Positions 1 through 13,249 of a DNA stretch of 64,000 bases are shown one piece after another. How positions within the stretch are numbered: position 1 is the stretch's first letter; each line of letters starts with the position of its first letter. The notes below the pieces were generated by a model. It was not told the origin of the DNA and made no database searches. It saw nothing but the letters and a program-made list of their open reading frames with translations. The translations under genes and the position numbers were made by a program. Origin of the DNA: the human T2T-CHM13v2.0 reference genome, Homo sapiens; the NCBI RefSeq assembly GCF_009914755.1, contig NC_060938.1; one strand, 5' to 3'.

Positions 1-3000
1 TGGAATGGAATGGAATGGAATGCAATGAAATGGAATGGATTGGAATGGAATCCAATGGAATCAACTGGAATGGAATGGAATGGAATGGAATGGATTAAAT
101 CCGGGTGGAGTGGAATGGAATGTAATGGAGTGGAATGTAATGGAATTTAGTGGAATGGAATGGAATGGAATGGAATGAAATGGATTGGAACGGAATGGAA
201 TCCAATGGAATCAACTGGAATGGAATGGAATGGAATGGAATGAAATGGAAAGGAACGGAATGGAATCAACACGAGTGGAATGGAATGGAACGCAATGGAA
301 TCAACCCGAGTGGAATGAAATGGAATGTAATGTAATAGGATGGAGTGGAATCAACCCGAGTGGAATGGAATGGAATGGAATGGAATGAAATGGAATTGAT
401 GTGAATGGAATCCAATGGAATCAACTGGAATGGCATGGAATGGAATGGAATGGAATGCAATGGAATGGAATGGAATGGAATGGAATGGATTGGAATAAAT
501 CCGGGTGGAGTGGAATGGAATGTAATGGAGTGGAATGTAATGGAATTTAGTGGAATGGAATGGAATGGAAGGAAATGGATTGGATCGGAATCGAATCCAA
601 TGGAATCAACTGGAATGGAATGGAATGGAATAAATCCGGGTGGAGTGGAATGGAATGTAATGAAGTGGAATGGAATGGAATGGAATGGAATGGAATGGAA
701 TCAACCCGAATGGAATGGAACGGAATGGAATGGAATGGAATGGAATGGAATGGAATGGAATGGAATCATCCCGAATGGGATGGCATGGAATGGAATTCAG
801 TGGAATGGAATGGAATGGAATGGAATGGAAACAACCCAAGTGCAATGGAATGGAATGGAATGCAATGGAATCCACCCGAGTGGCATGGAATGGAGTGGAA
901 CAGAATGGAATAGAATGGAATGGAATGGAGTGGAATGGAACGGAATGGAGTGGAATGGAATAAACACCAGGGGAATGAAATGGATTGGAATGGAATGGAA
1001 TGGAATGGAATGGAATGGAATGAACCCGAATGGAATCGAATGGATTAGAATGGAAAGGAGTGGAATCAACCCGAGCGGAAAGGAATGGAATGGAATGGAG
1101 TGGAATGGAATATAATGGAATGGAGTGGAATGGAATGGAATGTAACGGAATGGAACGGAATGGAATCAACACGAATGGAATGGAATGGAAAGGGATGGAA
1201 TGGAATGGAATGGAAGTTAATCAACACGAATGGAATGGAACGGAATGCAATGCAATGGAATGGGATGGAATGGAATGGAATGGAATGGAATGAAATGGAA
1301 AGGAACGGAATGGAATCAACACTAGTGGAATGGAATGGAACGGAATGGAATCAACCCGAGTGGAATGAAATGGAATGTAATGCAATGGGATGGAGTGGAA
1401 TCAAACCGAGCGGAATGGACTGGAATGCAGTGGAAAGGAATTAAATGGAATGGATCAGAATGGAATCCAATGGAATCAACTGGAATGGAACGGTATGGAA
1501 GGGAATGGAATGGAATGGAATAAATCCGGGTGGAGTGGAATGGAATGGAATGGAGTGGAATATAATGGAATTTATTGGAATGGAATGGAATGGAATGGAA
1601 TGGAATGGAATGGAATGGAATGGAATGGAACGGAATGGAATGGAAGGAAATGGATTGGATCGGAATGGAATCCAATGGAATCAACTGGAATGGAATGGAA
1701 TGGGATGGAATATATCCGTGTGGAGTGGAATGGAATGTAATGGAGTGGAATGGAATGGAATTTAGTGGAATGGAATGGAATGGAATGGAATGGAATGGAA
1801 TGGAAAGGAATCAACCCGAATGGAATTGAACGGAATGGAATGGAAAGGAATGGAATGGAATGGAATGGAATGGAATGGAATGGAATCAACCCGAACGGGA
1901 TGGCATGGAATGGAATTGAATGGAATGGAATGGAATGGAATGGAATGCAATGCAATGGAATGGAATCAACCCAAGTGCAATAGATGGAATGGAATGCAAT
2001 GGAATCCACCCGAGTGGAATGGAATGGAATGGAATGGACTGGAATGGAATGGAATGCAATGGAATTCAATGTAGTGGAATGGAACGGAATAGAGTGGAAT
2101 TGAATAAACACCAGGGGAATGAAATGGATTGGAATGTAATGGAATGGAATGGAATGGAATGGAATGAAATCAACCCGAGGGGAATGGAACGGAATGGAAT
2201 GGAATAGAAAGGAATGAATGGAATGGAATGGTGAGGAATCAACACGAGAGGAATGGAATGGAATGGAACAGAACGGAATGGAAAGAAATGGAATGGAATG
2301 AACACGAATGGAATGGAATGGATTGGAATGGAATGGAATGGGATCAACCCGAGCGGAAAGGAATGGAATGCAATGGAGTGGAATGAAATGGAATGGAATG
2401 GAATGGAATGGAATGGAATGGAATCATCACGAATGGAATGGAACGGAATGGAATGGGATGGGATGGAATGTATTGGAATGGAAGTTAATCAACACGAATG
2501 GAATGGAATGGAAAGGAATGGAATGAAATGGAATGGAATGGAATGGAATGAAATGGAAAGGAACGGAATGGAATCAACAGGAGTGGAATGGAATGGAACG
2601 GAATGGAATCAACCCGAGTGGAATGAAATAGAATGTAATGCAATGGGATGGAGTGGAATCAACCCGAGTTGAATGGAATGGAATGGAATGGAAAGGAATG
2701 GAATGGAATGGAATGGAATGCAATGAAATGGAATGGATTGGAATGGAATCCAATGGAATCAACTGGAATGGAATGGAATGGAATGGAATGGAATGGAATG
2801 GAATGGAATGGAATTTAGTGGAATGGAATGGAATGGAATGTAAAGGAATGGAATGGAATCAACCAGAATGGGATGGAACGGAATGGAATGGAAAGGAATG
2901 GAAAGGAATGGAATGGAATGGAATGGAATGGAATGGAATCAACCCGAATGGGATGGCATGAAATGGAACGGAATGCAATGGAATGGAATGGAATAGAATG

Positions 3001-5689
3001 GAATCTCCCTAAGTGCAATGGAATGGAATGGAATGCAATGGAATCCACCCGACTGGAATGGAATGGAATGGAATGGAATGGAATGGAATGGAATGGAGTG
3101 GAATGGAATGGAATGGAGTGGAATGGAACGGAATGGAGTGGAATGGAATAAACACCAAGGGAATGAAATGGATTGGAATGAAATGGAATGGAATGGAATG
3201 GAATGGAATGAAATCAACCCGAGTGGAATGGAACGGAATGGAATGGAATAGAAAGGAATGAATGGAATGGAATGGTGAGGAATCAACACGAGAGGAATGG
3301 AATGGAATGGAACGGAAAGGAATGGAAAGAAATGGAATGGAATGAACCAGAATGGAATGGAATGGATTGGAATGGAATGGAATGGAATCAACCCGAGCGG
3401 AAAGGAATGGAATGCAATGGAGTGGAATGAAATGGAATGGAATGGAATGGAATGGAATGGAATCATCACGAATGGAATGGAACGGAATGCAATGGGATGG
3501 GATGGAATGTATTGGAATGGAAGTTAATCAACACGAATGGAATGGAATGGAAAAGAATGGAATGAAATGGAATGGAATGGAATGGAATGAAATGGAAAGG
3601 AACGGAATGGAATCAACAGGAGTGGAATGGAATGGAACGGAATGGAATCAACCCGAGTGGAATGAAATGGAATGTAATGCAATGGGATGGAGTGGAATCA
3701 CCCCGAGTTGAATGGAATGGAATGGAATGGAATGGAATGGAATGCTATGAAATGGAATGGATTGGAATGGAATCCAATGGAATCAACTGGAATGGAATGG
3801 AATGGAAAGGAATGGAATGGAATGGAATGGAATGGAATGGATTAAATCCGGGTGTAGTTTAATGGAATGGAATGGAATGGAATGGAATGGAATGGAATGG
3901 AATGGAATTTAGAGGAATGGAATGGAATGGAATGTAAAGGAATGGAATGGAATCAACCAGAATGGAATGGAACGGAATGGAATGGAAAGGAATGGAAAGG
4001 AATGGAATGGAATGGAATGGAATGGAATGGAATGGAATGGAATCAACCCGAATGGGATGGCATGAAATGGAACGGAATGCAATGGAATGGAATGGAATGG
4101 AATGGAATGGAATCTCCCTAAGTGCAATGGAATGGAATGGAATGCAATGGAATCCACCCGAGTGGAATGGAATTGAATGGAATGGAATGGAATGGAATGG
4201 AATGGAATGGAATGGAATGGAGTGGAATGGAATGGAATGGAGTGGAATGGAACGGAATGGAGTGGAATGGAATAAACACCAAGGGAATGAAATGGATTGG
4301 AATGAAATGGAATGGAATGGAATGAAATCAACCCGAGTGGAATGGAACGGAATGGAATGGAATAGAAAGGAATGAATGGAATGGAATGGTGTGGAATCAA
4401 CACGAGAGGAATGGAATGGAATGGAATGGTACGGAACGGAATGGAAAGGAATGGAATGGAATGAACCCGAATGGAATGGAATGGATTGGAATGCAATGGA
4501 ATGGAAATAACCCGAGCGGAAAGGAATGGAATGGAATGGAGTGGAATGGAATGTAATGGAATGGAATGGCATGGAATGGAAACAACACGAATGGAATGGA
4601 ACGGAATGGAATGGGATGGGATGGAATGGAATGGAATGGAAGTTACTGAACACGAATGGAATGGAAAGGAATGGAATGGAATGGAATGGAATGGAATGGA
4701 ATGGAATGGAATGGAATGAACCCGAATAGAATAGAATGGATTGGAAAGGAATGGAATGGAATCAATCCGAGCGGAAAAGAATGGAATGGAATGGAGTGGA
4801 ACGGAATGTAATGGAATGGAATGGAATGGAATGGAATCAACACGAATGGAATGAAACGGAATGGAATGGGATGGGATGGAATTGAATGGAATGGAAGTTA
4901 TTCAAGACGAATGGAATGGAACGGAATGGAATGGAATGGAATGGAATGGAATGGAATGGAATGGAATGAACCCGAATGGAATGGAATGGATTGTAATGGA
5001 ATGGAATGGAATCAACCCGAACGGAAACGAATGGAATGGAATGGAGTGGAATGGAATGGAATGGAATGGAATGGAATGGAATGGAATCAAAATGAATGGA
5101 ATGGAATGCAATGGAATGGAATAGGATGAGATGGAATGGAATGGAATGGAAGTTAATCAACATGAATGGAATCGAATGGAATGGAATGGAATGGAATGGA
5201 ATGGAAAGGAACAGAATGGAATCAACACGAGTGGAATGGAATGGAACGTAATGGAATCAACCCGAGTGGAATGAAATGGAATGTAATGCAATGGGATGGA
5301 GTAGAATCAACCCGACTGGAATGGAATGGAATGAAATGGAATTGATGTCAATGGAATCCAATGGAATCAACTGGAATTGAATGGAATGGAATGGAATGGA
5401 ATGGAACGGAATGGAATAAATACGGGTGGAGTGGAATGGAATGTAATGGAGTGCAATGTAATGGAATTTAGTGGAATGGAATGGAATGGAATGGAATGGA
5501 ATGGAATGAAATGGATTGGATCGGAATGGAATCCAATGGAATCAACTGGAATGGAATGGAATGGAATGGAATGGAATGGAATGGAATGGAATGGAATAAA
5601 TCCGGTTGGAGTGGAATGGAATGTAATGAAGTGGAATGGAATGGAATTTAGTGGAATGGAATGGAATGGAATGGAATGGAATGGAATGG

Positions 5690-8600
5690 AATGGAAAAAA
5701 CCCGAATGGAATGGAACGGAATGGAATGGAATGGAATCAAACCGAATGGGATGTCATGGAATGGAATTGAATGGAATGGAATGGAATGGAATGGAATGGA
5801 ATGGAATGGAATGGAATGGAATCAAACCAAGTGCAATTGAATGGAATGGAATGCAATGCAATCCACCCGAGTGGAATGGAATGGAGTGGAATGGAATGGA
5901 ATAGAATGGAATTGAATGGAGTGGAATGGAACGGAATGAAGTGGAATGGAATAAACTCCAGGGGAATGAAATGGATTGGATTGAAATGAAATGGAATGCA
6001 ATGGAATGGAATGGAATGAAATCAACCCGAGTGGAATGGAACGGAATGCAATGGAATGGAAAGGAATGAATGGAATGGAATGGTGTGGAATCAACACGAG
6101 AGGAATGGAATGGAATGGAACGGAACGGAATGGAAAGGAATGGAATGGAATGAACCCGAATGGAATGGAATGGATTGGAATGGAATGGAATGGAATCAAC
6201 CCGAGCGGAAAGGAATAGAAGGATTGGAGTGGAATGGAATGGAATGGAATGGAATGAAATGGAATGGAATCAACACGAATGGAATGGGATGGAATGGAAT
6301 GGGATGGGATGGAATGGAATGGAATGGAAGTTAATCAACACGAATGGAATGTATCTAAATGGAATGGAAAGGAATGAACCTGAATGGAATGGAATGAACC
6401 CGAATGGAATGGAATGGATTGGAATGGAATGGAATGGAATCAACCCGAGCGGAAAGGAATGGAATGGAATGGAGTGGAATGGAATGTAATAGAATGGAAT
6501 GGAATGGAATGGAATCAACACGAATGGAATGGAACGGAATGGAATGGGATGGGATGGAATGGAATGGAATGGAATGAAGTTAATCAACACGAATGGAATG
6601 GAACGGAATGGAATTGAATGGAATGGAATGGAATGGAATGAACCCGAATGGAATGGAATGGATTGGAATGGAATGGAATGGAATCAACCCGAGCGGAAAG
6701 GAATGGAATGGAATGGAGTGGAATGGAATGTAATGGAATGGAACGGAATGGAATGGAATCAACACGAATGGAATGGAATGGAATGGAATGGGATGGGAAG
6801 GAATGGAATGGAATGGAAGTTAATCAACACCAATGGAATGGAAAGGAATGGAATGGAATGGAATGGAATGGAATGGAATGGAATGGAATGAAATGGAAAG
6901 GAACGGAATGGAATCAACACGAGTGGAATGGAAAGGAAAGGAATGGAATCAACCCGAGTGGAATGAAATGGAATGTAATGCAATGGGATGGAGTGGAATA
7001 AACCCAAGTGGAATGGAATGGAATGGAATGGAATGGAATGGAATGAAATGGAATGGATCGGAATGGAATCCAATGCAATCAACTGGAATGGAATGGAATG
7101 GAATGGAATGGAATGGAATGGAATGGAATGGAATTGAATGGAATGGAATCAACCCGAATGGAATGCAATGGAATGGAATGGAAAGGAATGGAATGGAATG
7201 CAATGGAATGGAATGGAATGGAATGGAATGGAATCTACCCGAAAGGGATAGAATGGATTGTAATGGAATGGAATGGAATCAACCTGAGCGGAAACGAATG
7301 GAATGGAATGGAGTGGAATGGAATGGAATGGAATGGAATGGAATGGAATGGAATGGAATGGGATGAGATGGAATGGAATGGAATGGAAGTTAATCAACAT
7401 GAATGCAATGGAATGGAATGGAATGGAATGGAATGGAGTGGAACGGAATGGAATCAACACGAGTGGAATGGAATGGAACGGAATGGAATCAACACGAGTG
7501 GAATGAAATGGAATGTAATGCAATGGGATGGAGTGGAATCAACCCGAGCGGAATGGAATGGAATGCAGTGGAAAGGAATGAAATGGAATGGATCGGAATG
7601 GAATCCAATGGAATCAACTGGAATGGAATGGTATGGAAGGGAATGGAATGGAATAAATCCGGGTGGAGTGGAATGGAATGTAATGGAGTGGAATATAATG
7701 GAATTTATTGGAATGGAATGGAATGGAATGGAATGGAATGGAATGGAGTGGAATGGAACGGAATGGAATGCAATGAAATGGATTGGATCGGAATGGAATC
7801 CAATGGAATCAACTGGAATGGAATGGAATGGAATGGAATAAATCCGTGTGGAGTGGAATGGAATGTAATGGAGTGGAATGGAATGGAATGGAATGGAATG
7901 GAATGGAAAGGATTCAACCCAAATGGAATTGAACGGAATGGAATGGAAAGGAATGGAATGGAATGGAACGGAATGGAATCAACCCGAATGGGATGGCATG
8001 GAATGGAATGGAATGGAATGGAATGGAATGCAATGGAATGGAATCAACCCAAGTGCAATGGATGGAATGGAATGCAATGGAATCCACCCGAGTGGAATGG
8101 AATGGAATGGACTTTAATGGAATGGAATGGAATGGAATTCAATGGAGTGGAATGGAACGGAATAGAGTGGAATTGAATAAACACCAGGGGAATGAAATGG
8201 ATTGGAATGAAATGGAATGGAATGGAATGGAATGGAATGAAATCAACCCAAATGTAATGGAACGGATTGGAATGGAATGGAAAGGAATGAATTGAATGGA
8301 ATGGTGTGGAATCAACACGAGAGGAATGGAAAGGAATGGAACGGAACGGAATGGAAAGAAATGGAATGGAATGAACCCGAATGGAATGGAATGGATTGGA
8401 ATGGAATGGAATGGAATCAACCCGAGTGGAAGGGAATGGAATGCAATGGAGTGGAATGGAATGTAATGGAATGGAATGGAATGAAATGGAATCATCACGA
8501 ATGGAATCGAACGGAATGGAATGGGATGGGATGGAATGGAATGGAATGGAAGTTAATCAACACGAATGGAATGGAATGGAAAGGAATGGAATGAAATGGA

Positions 8601-9370
8601 ATGGAATGGAATGGAATGGAATGGAATTGAATGGAATGGAATGAAATGGAAAGGAACGGAATGGAATCAACAGGAGAGGAATGGAATGGAACGGAATGGA
8701 ATCAACCCGAGGGGAATGAAATGGAATGTAATGCAATGGGATGGAGTGGAATCAACCCGAGTGCAATGGAATGGAATGGAATGGAATGGAATGGAATGGA
8801 ATGGAATGGAATGGAATGCAATGAAATGGAATGGATTGGAATGGAATCCAATGGAATCAACTGGAATGGAATGGAATGGAATGGAATGGAATGGAATGGA
8901 ATGGAATGGGTTAAATCCGGGTGGAGTGGAATGGAATGTAATGGAGTGGAATGTAATGGAATTTAGTGGAATGGAATGGAATGGAATGGAATGAAATGGA
9001 TTTTAACGGAATGGAATCCAATGGAATCAACTGGAATGGAATGGAATGGAATGGAATGAAATGGAAAGGAACGGAATGGAATCAACACGAGTGGAATGGA
9101 ATGGAACGCAATGGAATCAACCCGAGTGGAATGAAATGGAATGCAATGTAATGGGATGGAGTGGAATCAACCCGAGTGGAATGGAATGGAATGGAATGGA
9201 ATGAAATGGAATTGATGTGAATGGAATCCAATGGAATCAACTGGAATGGAATGGAATGGAATGGAATGGAATGGAATGGAATGGAATAAATCCGGGTGGA
9301 GTGGAATGGAATGTAATGGAGTGGAATGTAATGGAATTTAGTGGAATGGAATGGAATGGAATGGAATGGA
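5690..9370 (+). repeat. 3.7 kb direct repeat, copy 1 (partner 13250-16945)
   Basis: Shared rare words at ~7.55-7.57 kb offset: GGAAAAAACCCG 5693/13254, AAACTCCAGG 5953/13504, ATCTACCCGAAAGGG 7233/14779, GATTTTAACGG 8999/16565. Confidence 0.9.
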
Positions 9371-12300
9371 AGGAAATGGATTGGATCGGAATCGAATCCA
9401 ATGGAATCAACTGGAATGGAATGGAATGGAATAAATCCGGGTGGAGTGGAATGGAATGTAATGAAGTGGAATGGAATGGAATTTAGTGGAATGGAATGGA
9501 ATGGAATGGAATGGAATGGAATGGAATCAACCCGAATGGAATGGAACGGAATGGAATGGAATAGAATGGAATGGAATGGAATCATCCCGAATGGGATGGT
9601 ATGGAATGGAATTCAGTGGAATGGAATGGAATGGAATGGAATGGAATGGAAACAACCCAAGTGCAATGGAATGGAATGGAATGCAATGGAATCCACCCGA
9701 GTGGCATGGAATGGAGTGGAACGGAATGGAATAGAATGGAATGGAATGGAGTGGAATGGAACGGAATGGAGTGGAATGGAATAAACACCAGGGGAATGAA
9801 ATGGATTGGAATGGAATGGAATGGAATGGAATGGAATGGAACCGAATGGAATGGAATGGATTAGAATGGAATGGAGTGGAATCAACCCGAGCGGAAAGGA
9901 ATGGAATGGAATGGAGTGGAATGGAATATAATGGAATGGAGTGGAATGGAATGGAATGTAACGGAATGGAACGGAATGGAATCAACACGAATGGAATGGA
10001 ATGGAATGGGATGGAATGGAATGGAATGGAAGTTAATCAACACGAATGGAATGGAACGGAATGCAATGGAATGGAATGGGATGGAATGGAATGGAATGGA
10101 ATGGAATGAAATGGAAAGGAACGGAATGGAATCAACACTAGTGGAATGGAATGGAACGGAATGGAATCAACCCGAGTGGAATGAAATGGAATGTAATGCA
10201 ATGGGATGGAGTGGAATCAAACCGAGCGGAATGGAATGGAATGCAGTGGAAAGGAATTAAATGGAATGGATCAGAATGGAATCCAACGGAATCAACTGGA
10301 ATGGAGTGGTATGGAAGGGAATAGAATGGAATGGAATGGAATGGAATAAATCCGGGTGGAGTGGAATGGAATGTAATGGAGTGGAATATAATGGAATTTA
10401 TTGGAATGGAATGGAATGGAAAGGAACGGAATGGAATGGAATGGAATGGAATGGAAGGAAATGGATTGGATCGGAATGGAATCCAATGGAATCAACTGGA
10501 ATGGAATGGAATGGGATGGAATAAATCCGTGTGGAGTGGAATGGAATGCAATGGAGTGGAATGGAATGGAATTTAGTGGAATGGAATGGAATGGAATGGA
10601 ATGGAATGGAATGGAAAGGAATCAACCCGAATGGAATTGAACGGAATGGAATGGAAAGGAATGGAATGGAATGGAATGGAATGGAATGGAATGGAATGGA
10701 ATGGAATGGAATCAACCCGAATGGGATGGCATGGAATGGAATTGAATGGAATGGAATGGAATGAAATCAACCCGAGTGGAATGGAACGGAATGGAATGGA
10801 ATGGAAAGGAATGAATGGAATGGAATGGTGAGGAATCAACACGAGAGGAATGGAATGGAATGGAACGGAAAGGAATGGAAAGAAATGGAATGGAATGAAA
10901 CCGAATGGAATGGAATGGATTGGAATGGAATGGAATGGAATCAACCCGAGTGGAAAGGAATGGAATGCAATGGAGTGGAATGGAATGTAATGGAATGGAA
11001 TGGAATGGAATGGAATCATCACGAATGGAATGGAACGGAATGGAATGGGATGGGATGGAATGTATTGGAATGGAAGTTAATCAACACGAATGGAATGGAA
11101 TGGAAAGGTATGCAATGAAATGGAATGGAATGGAATGGAATGGAAAGGAACGGATTGGAATCAACAGGAGTGGAATGGAATGGAACGGAATGGAATCAAC
11201 CCGAGTGGAATGAAATGGAATGTAATGCAATGGGATGGAGTGGAATCAACCCGAGTGGAATGGAATGGAATGGAATGGAATGGAATGGAATGGAATGGAA
11301 TGGAATGCAATGAAATGGAATGGACTGGAATGGAATCCAATTGAATCAACTGGAATGGAATGGAATGGAATGGAATGGAATGGAATGCAATGGATTAAAT
11401 CCGGGTGTAGTGGAATGGAATGCAATGGAATGGAATGGAATGGAATGGAATGGAATTTAGTGGAATGGAATGGAATGGAATGTAAAGGAATGGAATGGAA
11501 TCAACCAGAATGGAATGGAACGGAATGGAATGGAAAGGAATGGAATGGAATGGAATGGAATGTGATGGCATGAAATGGAACGGAATGCAATGGAATGGAA
11601 TGGAATGGAATGGAATCTCCCTAAGTGCAATGGAATGGAATGGAATGCAATGGAATCCACCCGAGTGGAATGGAATGGAATGGAATGGAATGGAATGGAA
11701 TGGAAAGGAATCAACCCTAATGGAATTGAACGGAATGGAATGGAAAGGAATGGAATGGAATGGAATGGAATGGAATGGAATCAACCCGAATGGGATGGCA
11801 TGGAATGGAATTGAATGGAATGGAATGGAATGGAATGGAATGGAATGGAATGGAATCAACACGAGTGGAATGGAATGGAACGGAATGGAATCAACACGAG
11901 TGGAATGAAATGGAATGTAATGCAATGGGATGGAGTGGAATCAACCCGAGTGGAATGGAATGGAATGCAGTGGAAAGGAATGAAATGGAATGGATCGGAA
12001 TGGAATCCAATGGAATCATCTGGAATGGAATGGTATGGAAGGGAATGGAATGGAATGGAATGGAATGGAATAAATCCGGGTGGAGTGGAATGGAATGTAA
12101 TGGAGTGGAATATAATGGAATTTATTGAAATGGAATGGAATGGAATGGAATGGAACGGAATGGAATGGAATGAAATGGATTAGATCGGAATGGAATCCAA
12201 TGGAATCAACTGGAATGGAATGGAATGGAATGGAATAAATCCGTGTGGAGTGGAATGGAATGTAATGGAGTGGAATGGAATGGAATGGAATGGAATGGAA

Positions 12301-13249
12301 TGGAAAGGAATCAACCCGAATGGAATTGAACGGAATGGAATGGAAAGGAATGGAATGGAATGGAACGGAATGGAATCAACCCGAATGGGATGGCTGGAAT
12401 GGAATGTAATGGAATGGAATCAACCCAAGTGCAATGGATGGAATGGAATGCAATGGAATCCACCCGAGTGGAATGGAATGGAATGGACTGGAATGGAATG
12501 GAATGCAATGGAATTCAATGGAGTGGAATGGAACGGAATAGAGTGGAATTGAATAAACACCAGGGGAATGAAATGGATTGGAGTGAAATGGAATGGAATG
12601 GAATGGAATGGAATGAAATCAACCCGAATGGAATGGAACGGATTGGAATGGAATGGAAAGGAATGAATGGAATGGAATGGTGAGGAATCAACACAAGAGG
12701 AATGGAATGGAATGGAACGGAACGGAATGGATAGAAATGGAATGGAATGAACCCGAATGGAATGGAATGGATTGGAATGGAATGGAATGGAATCAACCCG
12801 AGCGGAAAGGAATGGAATGCAATGGAGTGGAATGGAATGTAATGTAATGGAATGGAATGGAATGGAATCATCACGAATGGAATGGAACGGAATGGAATGG
12901 GATGGGATGGAATGGAATGGAATGGAAGTTAATCAACACGAATGGAATGGAATGGAAAGGAATGGAATGAAATGGAATGGAATGGAATGGAATTCAATGG
13001 AATGGAAAGAAATGGAAAGGAACGGAATGGAATCAACAGGAGTGGAATGGAATGGAACAGAATGGAATCAACCAGAGTGGAATGAAATGGAATGTAATGC
13101 AATGGGATGGAGTGGAATCAACCCGAGTGCAATGGAATGGAATGGAATGGAATGGAATGGAATGGAATGGAATGGAATGCAATGAAATGGAATGGATTGG
13201 AATGGAATCCAATGAAATCAACTGGAATGGAATGGAATGGAATGGAATG

